This document shows, piece after piece, positions 23,282 to 28,192 of a stretch of 28,192 nucleotides of DNA (position 1 is its first letter; each line of letters begins with the position of its first letter). Origin of the DNA: Candidatus Omnitrophota bacterium (GTDB taxonomy: Bacteria; Omnitrophota; Gorgyraeia; Gygaellales; Profunditerraquicolaceae); NCBI GenBank assembly GCA_028714595.1, contig JAQTMD010000001.1, positions 1-28,192 of the forward strand, given 5' to 3'. A model generated the notes under the pieces. The model ran no database searches. It had not been told where the DNA came from and saw nothing but the letters and a program-made list of their open reading frames with translations. The position numbers and the translations under genes are program-made.

Positions 23282-25000
23282 TCATTGCCGGCTGGCGACC
23301 TGCGCGTGTACGTTTTTGACGAATTCCTCTATTGATTCGGTTGTCTGTTCTTTGACATGGCGCCTGCGCACCGTGACGCTCGAACCTTGCGCTTCCTTCG
23401 CTCCGACGACCAGTATATACGGAATCTTGTCGAGCTCTGCCTGACGGATCCGTTTGTTCAGGGTCTCGTTGCGGCCGTCGGTGGATGCGCGGATCCCGGC
23501 ATCGCGCAATTTCTGTTCTACGCTGCGGGCGTATTCGGCGACGTCTTCCTTGATGGGGACGACGCGCGCCTGTTCCGGGGCCAGCCACAGGGGGAAATCG
23601 CCCATGTAATGCTCGGTCAGACAGGCGGTAAACCGCTCCACGCTTCCCAATAAAACCCGGTGGAGCATGATCGGCTGCTTTTCGCTGCCGTCGGCATCAA
23701 CGTAGGTCAGCGCGAACCTTTTTGGCAGGCTGAAATCGCACTGCACGGTCGCGCACTGCCAGGAACGCTTCAAGGCGTCCTTCAATTTAATGTCTATCTT
23801 CGGTCCGTAAAAAGCGCCGTCGCCCTCATTGATCTCGTAGGACAGGCCGAGGCTTTTTAAAGAATCCTCCAGGGCCTCCGTCGCCATCTTCCAGTCCTCG
23901 TCGGACCCGATGGACTTCGCAGGCCTGGTGCTCAGTTCGATCCCCCACGTGTCGAAACCAAAGACCTTCATCGTGGTAAACACAAATTCCACAACGCCTT
24001 TAATCTCTGCGACGACCTGCGAGGGCAGGCAGAAGATATGCGCGTCATCCTGGGTAAAACCGCGCACGCGCAGCAGCCCGTGCATCACCCCGGCCTTCTC
24101 ATGGCGGTAGACCGTGCCCAGCTCAAAGAGCCGCACGGGCAGGTCGCGGTAGCTGCGCATCTTGGATTTGTAGATGAGCATGTGGCCCGGGCAGTTCATC
24201 GGCTTCAAGACAAACTCTTTATCGTCTATCTTGAAGGTGTACATGTTCTCTTTGTAATAATCCAGGTGGCCCGAGGTCTTCCAGAGCTCGGCCTGCATGA
24301 TATGCGGGGTGATCACCAGCTGGTAGCCGCGCTTCAGATGCTCTTCCTTCTCGTAATCTTCGATCAACTTGCGCAGCAGCGCTCCTTTGGGATGGTAAAA
24401 GACCAGCCCGGGTCCGGCTATCTCCTGATAAATGTCAAAGAGTTCCAGTTGCGGACCGAGCTTGCGATGGTCGCGCAGCTTTCTTTCTTCCAGATCTTTT
24501 AAATACTCGTCTAATTCCTTCTGCGACTCGAAACAGGTGCCGTAGATCCTCTGAAGCATGGGATTGGTCTCGATCCCGTGCCAGTAGGAGCCGGCGACCG
24601 ACAATAATTTGAAGGCCTTGATCTGGCCGGTGGAAGCAATGTGCGGACCGCGGCAGAGGTCAGTGAAGCCTTCGCCGGTTTTATAGATCGAGACCTTCTC
24701 ATCGGGGATGTCCCTGATGAGCTCCAGCTTATAGGTTTCGTTCGATTTCTTAAAGAGCTCCTCGGCTTCCTTTTTGCCGAGCTCCTGGCGCACAAACGGC
24801 TCGTCCTTTTTGATGATCTCAGTCATTTTCTTCTCGATCGCGGCGAGATCATCGTCGGAAAACGGCTCTTCCTTGTCGAAATCATAATAGAACCCGTCCT
24901 CGATGGACGGGCCGATGGCAAGCTTCGTCCGGGGCCAGAGTTCCTTGACCGCCTGTGCCATGACGTGCGAGCATGAATGTCTGAGCGTATCCAGTTCCAT
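23282..25000 (-). CDS. thrS: Threonine--tRNA ligase, short form lacking the N1/TGS domain
   Basis: Starts at LRHSCSHVMAQAV (editing N2 domain), DLCRGPH, RDHRKLG, KPMNCPGH, LRVRGFTQDDAH, GDGAFYGPKID, anticodon-binding C-terminus. Confidence 0.97.
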   Translation of the reverse strand: MELDTLRHSCSHVMAQAVKELWPRTKLAIGPSIEDGFYYDFDKEEPFSDDDLAAIEKKMTEIIKKDEPFVRQELGKKEAEELFKKSNETYKLELIRDIPDEKVSIYKTGEGFTDLCRGPHIASTGQIKAFKLLSVAGSYWHGIETNPMLQRIYGTCFESQKELDEYLKDLEERKLRDHRKLGPQLELFDIYQEIAGPGLVFYHPKGALLRKLIEDYEKEEHLKRGYQLVITPHIMQAELWKTSGHLDYYKENMYTFKIDDKEFVLKPMNCPGHMLIYKSKMRSYRDLPVRLFELGTVYRHEKAGVMHGLLRVRGFTQDDAHIFCLPSQVVAEIKGVVEFVFTTMKVFGFDTWGIELSTRPAKSIGSDEDWKMATEALEDSLKSLGLSYEINEGDGAFYGPKIDIKLKDALKRSWQCATVQCDFSLPKRFALTYVDADGSEKQPIMLHRVLLGSVERFTACLTEHYMGDFPLWLAPEQARVVPIKEDVAEYARSVEQKLRDAGIRASTDGRNETLNKRIRQAELDKIPYILVVGAKEAQGSSVTVRRRHVKEQTTESIEEFVKNVHAQVASRQ

Positions 25001-25011
25001 AGTACGGCGAC

Positions 25012-25074
25012 GTTTGCAGCTCGTAGGTTGTAGCGCGTCAGTCGTGCAGCGCTACGAGCTGCATGCTACAAGCT
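25012..25074. repeat. Inverted pair of degenerate heptamer arrays forming a 12-bp hairpin between tRNA-Val and thrS
   Basis: gtttgca|gctcgta|ggttgta ... gctacga|gctgcat|gctacaa|gct; perfect TGCAGCTCGTAG/CTACGAGCTGCA (25015-26/25052-63). Confidence 0.7.
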
Positions 25075-25078
25075 AAAG

Positions 25079-25155
25079 TGGTGGGCCCATGAGGACTTGA
25101 ACCTCAGACCTTTGCGATGTCAACGCAACGCTCTAACCAACTGAGCTATGAGCCC
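25079..25155 (-). tRNA. tRNA-Val (GAC)
   Basis: GGGCTCA/TGGGCCC acceptor, TTGCG-TT-GAC-AT-CGCAA anticodon arm, GTTCAAGTC T-loop, encoded CCA. Confidence 0.97.
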
Positions 25156-25178
25156 CGGATTTATTGTGCCGTTTTGTT

Positions 25179-25265
25179 TGGTGCCGGGGAAGGGAGTTGA
25201 ACCCTTATAACCTTGCGGTCGCGAGATTTTAAATCTCGTGCGTCTGCCAGTTTCGCCACCCCGGC
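25179..25265 (-). tRNA. tRNA-Leu (UAA)
   Basis: GCCGGGG/CCCCGGC acceptor, CGAGA-TT-TAA-AA-TCTCG anticodon arm, long variable arm, encoded CCA. Confidence 0.97.
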
Positions 25266-25302
25266 AAAGCAAATCCCTGTTCCCTTCCCTGCTGTACTGT
25301 GA

Positions 25303-25377
25303 TGGAGGCGACGAGCGGATTCGAACCGCTGAATAACTGTTTTGCAGACAGTTGCCTTGCCACTTGGCTACGTCGCC
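25303..25377 (-). tRNA. tRNA-Cys (GCA)
   Basis: GGCGACG/CGTCGCC acceptor, ACTGT-CT-GCA-AA-ACAGT anticodon arm, GTTCGAATC, encoded CCA. Confidence 0.97.
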
Positions 25378-25382
25378 GGAAT

Positions 25383-25925
25383 CTACTTCAATAACCGCAG
25401 CGTCTCTTGGACGATTGCATCAACGCCTGCCAGACACCCCATGCCGGCCTTGCCGCAGGCAAGCTTTCCCCGTACCGGTCCGATGAACTTGGCGCCGGCT
25501 ATTTGGAGTTTCTTGATGTTGCCCTGCGTAATCGGATTCAGGTACATGTTCTCGTTCATCGCCGGGGCTATCACGACCTTTGCCCTGGTCGCCGAAACCA
25601 CGCACGTGAGCAGGTCGTCGCAGATGCCGGCGGCGAGCTTTGCGATGATGTTGGCGGTTGCCGGGGCTATCAACACAACCCCTGCCCGGTCTGCCAGCGA
25701 GACATGCTCGATATCCCATGCACCGGGATCGCTGAACATCCCGGTCAACACTTTATTACCGGAGAGATTGGCAAACAGCGCCGGCCGGATGAATTCCTCG
25801 GCCTCTTTGGTCATCACCACGCTGACCGCGCAGCCCTCCTCTTTAAGCCTCCTGGTGATATCGCAGGCTTTATAGATGGCGATGCTGGCAGTGACGCACA
25901 GGACGATTTCTTTCTGTCTGGCCAT
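25383..25925 (-). CDS. coaC: Phosphopantothenoylcysteine decarboxylase (stand-alone CoaC flavoprotein domain)
   Basis: CVTASIAIYKAC, IEHVSLAD, APATANIIAKLAAGICDDLL, PAMNENMY, LACG; stops at 180 aa with no CoaB domain; gmk-rpoZ-coa synteny. Confidence 0.88.
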   Translation of the reverse strand: MARQKEIVLCVTASIAIYKACDITRRLKEEGCAVSVVMTKEAEEFIRPALFANLSGNKVLTGMFSDPGAWDIEHVSLADRAGVVLIAPATANIIAKLAAGICDDLLTCVVSATRAKVVIAPAMNENMYLNPITQGNIKKLQIAGAKFIGPVRGKLACGKAGMGCLAGVDAIVQETLRLLK

Positions 25926-25931
25926 CGCCCG

Positions 25932-26129
25932 CTACTCCTTCATCCTGATCATGCCCACCTCGATCTCCCGTAAAGCGATCGTGGACGGCTTGGTTGCGGG
26001 ATCGACATCTCCGACGAGCCTGGTATGGCCTTCAGCCAGGTCCAGGGCCCGCTTCGAAGCCAGCACCACGAGTTTATACACCGATCCGCCTGTCTTATCC
26101 AGCATGTTCTCCAGTGCTGCATGGTACAT
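25932..26129 (-). CDS. rpoZ: RNA polymerase omega subunit
   Basis: SVYKLVVLASKRALDL...KPSTIALREI; located between gmk and coaC. Confidence 0.94.
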   Translation of the reverse strand: MYHAALENMLDKTGGSVYKLVVLASKRALDLAEGHTRLVGDVDPATKPSTIALREIEVGMIRMKE

Positions 26130-26148
26130 GATGTCTCCTTATGCTTAT

Positions 26149-26760
26149 CTAGTGCATGTTCTGGCGTATGATGGTCTTCAAACGCGTTATAGCTCGTCGC
26201 AAGTCGCTGTTGACCAGACAGTAGTCATAGCTTCCGCACGCCGCGATCTCCCGCTTGGCAACGGCAATCCGCTTGCGTATCTCGGCGCCTGTCTCGCGCC
26301 TGCGCCCCTGTATCCTGCGAAATAGTTCTTCCAGCGACGGCGGCATGACAAAGACAGTCACCGAATCCTTCGGGTACAGGGACTTGATCCGCTGCGCTCC
26401 TTTTAAGTCGAGACAGAGGATCAGGCCCTTTGACCGTTGCAGCGTCCGGTCCACGAAATCCCTCGCCGTCCCGTAATAATACCCTAAATACCGGGTCCAT
26501 TCAAGGATTTTTTGTCCGCGGAGATTGCGCCTGAACTCGTCGCTGGTCAGGAAAAAATAATCCTTCCCTTCCCGTTCCCCGCGCCGGCGGGGCCGCGTCG
26601 TAAAAGAGATTGAGCGCACCAGGCTCCTGCCGAGCGACTTGTCCGCCAGGACTGCCCGGGCAAGCGTGGTCTTGCCTGAGCCCGACGGACCGGAAAGGAC
26701 AAAGATCGTCCCCCGCGCCGGGCAACGCGCGCTGTCTGCAACCTGTGGCTTACTCGACAT
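26149..26760 (-). CDS. gmk: Guanylate kinase
   Basis: VLSGPSGSGKTT P-loop, SISFTTRPRRRGEREGKDYFF, YYGT, FVMPPSLEEL. Start taken at ATG 26760. Confidence 0.95.
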   Translation of the reverse strand: MSSKPQVADSARCPARGTIFVLSGPSGSGKTTLARAVLADKSLGRSLVRSISFTTRPRRRGEREGKDYFFLTSDEFRRNLRGQKILEWTRYLGYYYGTARDFVDRTLQRSKGLILCLDLKGAQRIKSLYPKDSVTVFVMPPSLEELFRRIQGRRRETGAEIRKRIAVAKREIAACGSYDYCLVNSDLRRAITRLKTIIRQNMH

Positions 26761-27577
26761 TCTGCACTTGTTCGCGCAGCTTCTCAATCTGGCTCTTTAT
26801 CTTGACCCCGGCCGCGGAGATTTCCACGTCGCAGGATTTGGCGCCGATGGTGTTTGCTTCACGCTGCATTTCCTGGCAGATAAAATCCAGCTCCTTGCCA
26901 ACCGGGCCGGCGACACCGAGCTTGAGCCGGAAACTCTTTGCGTGGAACGCCAGGCGCGACAGTTCTTCGGAGATATCCGCCTCTTTTAAGAATGCCGCCC
27001 GTTCCGTATCGGTGGCGAACTGCGCCGCGCGCTCCCTGATCGCCGTCTTAAAGCGCGTCTTGACAAACCCGATGCTCACCTCCAGCCGCGCGACTTCTTT
27101 TTTGAGGTACACTGCCAGCGCCCGACCCTCTTTCCTGCGCATGGCGATAAGGTCGTCGAGCGCCGTGCCCACTACTTTTTTGAGCGCCGGCCACAACTCC
27201 TGCGGCGTGCATTTCTTCTCCGAGACCGAGAGAACGCCCGGCAAATTGATCAGCGTATCGATCTTCACCGCGTCGGAGATATGGTAGCGCCTGCCGATCT
27301 CCTTGACGAGTCCCATGTAGCGGCCGAGCAGCGCCTTGTCCACGCAGACCTGGTGGGACTGCCGCGCCGACACCGTGACCACACAGGTAATGCGGCCGCG
27401 CTTGAGCCGCGACTCGATCTCTTTCTTGATCTTGTCTTCGAGGGCAAGCAACCCCTCGGGCAGATGCTGGACGATCTCCAGAAATTTATGGTTGGTGCTG
27501 CGGATCTCAACGCCCACCGCACCGACTGCTCCGACTACGCCATCCCTGCTGCCAAATCCTGTCATGCCCCGCATCAT
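26750..27577 (-). CDS. yicC: YicC/YloC-family endoribonuclease
   Basis: MRGMTGFG, EIRSTNHKFLE, DISEELSRL, GKELDFICQEMQREANTIGAK, EKLREQVQNVE. Confidence 0.95.
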   Translation of the reverse strand: MMRGMTGFGSRDGVVGAVGAVGVEIRSTNHKFLEIVQHLPEGLLALEDKIKKEIESRLKRGRITCVVTVSARQSHQVCVDKALLGRYMGLVKEIGRRYHISDAVKIDTLINLPGVLSVSEKKCTPQELWPALKKVVGTALDDLIAMRRKEGRALAVYLKKEVARLEVSIGFVKTRFKTAIRERAAQFATDTERAAFLKEADISEELSRLAFHAKSFRLKLGVAGPVGKELDFICQEMQREANTIGAKSCDVEISAAGVKIKSQIEKLREQVQNVE

Positions 27578-27596
27578 CGCCCCGTCCTTTCGCCTC

Positions 27597-28112
27597 TTAC
27601 GCCCACGTTTTTTGTTTGCATTCTTTATGCACGACCTCTTTGATCGGGTACAGATCGACGATTATCTCGTCGGGCGAGAACCACAGCTTGATCTCCCGCT
27701 GGGCCTCGGATTCATCGGAAGAAACATGGATCACGTTCTCGTACAGGCCGGTAGTCAGGATCCTGCCGTACGAGCCGCGGATCGACGTCGACTCTGCCTC
27801 TTCCGGGTTGGTCTTGCCGGCGATATCCCGGCACTTGGCGATCGCGTCGGGCCCCCAGTAGATGAGCGCCATGACCTTGCGCCGGTCGTGGAGCTCTCCC
27901 TGGAGGTACTTGATCAGTTCCGGGAAAAAAGGTTTGTCGCGCAAATGGGTATAGTGCTCCTCGGCCAGATCCTTGGAGACCCTGACCATCTTGGCGGCGA
28001 CGATCTCCAGCTTCGTCTCGGAGAGCCGCGTCAGGATATTGCCCGTCAACGACTTCTTCAGCCCGTCGGGCTTGATAAGGATCAGGACCGCGTTTGTCTG
28101 TCTGCCGCTCAT
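27597..28112 (-). CDS. ndk: Nucleoside diphosphate kinase
   Basis: LILIKPDG, AEEHY.HL.DKPFF, GKTNP..A..TSIRG.YG, NVIH (catalytic His), REIKLWF. Confidence 0.93.
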   Translation of the reverse strand: MSGRQTNAVLILIKPDGLKKSLTGNILTRLSETKLEIVAAKMVRVSKDLAEEHYTHLRDKPFFPELIKYLQGELHDRRKVMALIYWGPDAIAKCRDIAGKTNPEEAESTSIRGSYGRILTTGLYENVIHVSSDESEAQREIKLWFSPDEIIVDLYPIKEVVHKECKQKTWA

Positions 28113-28192
28113 ATCTTTGCTTCTCCTCTCATCCGGTGCACGATGCGCTCCAGGTCTTCCTGAGAATAGAATTCAATGTGGATGGTCCCCCG
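28109..28192 (-). CDS. parB: C-terminal end of a ParB/Spo0J partition protein (partial)
   Basis: Hand translation RGTIHIEFYSQEDLERIVHRMRGEAKI*, matching the ParB C-terminal G.I.IEFYS.EDLERI motif; ATGA overlap with ndk. Confidence 0.75.
   Translation of the reverse strand, partial: RGTIHIEFYSQEDLERIVHRMRGEAKI

Noticed and set aside
25001-25078. T-box or tRNA-Thr anticodon-mimic operator upstream of thrS
   Set aside because: Too short for a T-box, no T-box sequence, and no CGU-type anticodon loop in the hairpins.
27700-27745. NDK active-site variant NVIHVSSD instead of NxxHGSDS
   Set aside because: The catalytic His and the downstream REI Glu are retained, and such variation is common among NDKs.
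1-28192. CRISPR arrays, IS elements, prophage or defence genes
   Set aside because: No regularly spaced repeats and no transposase, integrase, phage or defence motifs were found on reading either strand.

Overview
A 28-kb block of core-genome genes from a GC-rich, probably anaerobic bacterium; every supported gene is on the minus strand. Gene content (N1-less ThrS, B2-less PheT, MetV, four-subunit 2-oxoacid:ferredoxin oxidoreductase) suggests Candidatus Omnitrophota or a related lineage, which is inference only. Order of transcription (right to left): parB(3' end)-ndk-yicC-gmk-rpoZ-coaC-tRNA-Cys-tRNA-Leu-tRNA-Val-thrS-infC(AUA start)-rpmI-rplT-trkA-trkA-[unannotated 38-aa membrane peptide]-trkH-[exported OB-fold protein]-pheS-pheT // promoter-6S RNA-terminators // promoter-metV-ygfA-rny-ymdB-[GH39-like protein lacking the catalytic acid/base]-xseA-xseB-dxs-OFOR delta/alpha/beta/gamma-gltX-small lipoprotein-tRNA-Gln-degenerate ECF sigma-ZAS anti-sigma-receiver protein. 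No CRISPR array, integrase or transposase was seen. Best leads: (1) an exported GH39-fold protein with NEP replaced by TAP inside the rny-ymdB-xseA operon; (2) a Trk K+ operon with two extra putative subunits; (3) an ECF module whose sigma has lost several core- and DNA-binding consensus residues, paired with an anti-sigma carrying a duplicated HWH-motif domain and followed by a receiver protein.
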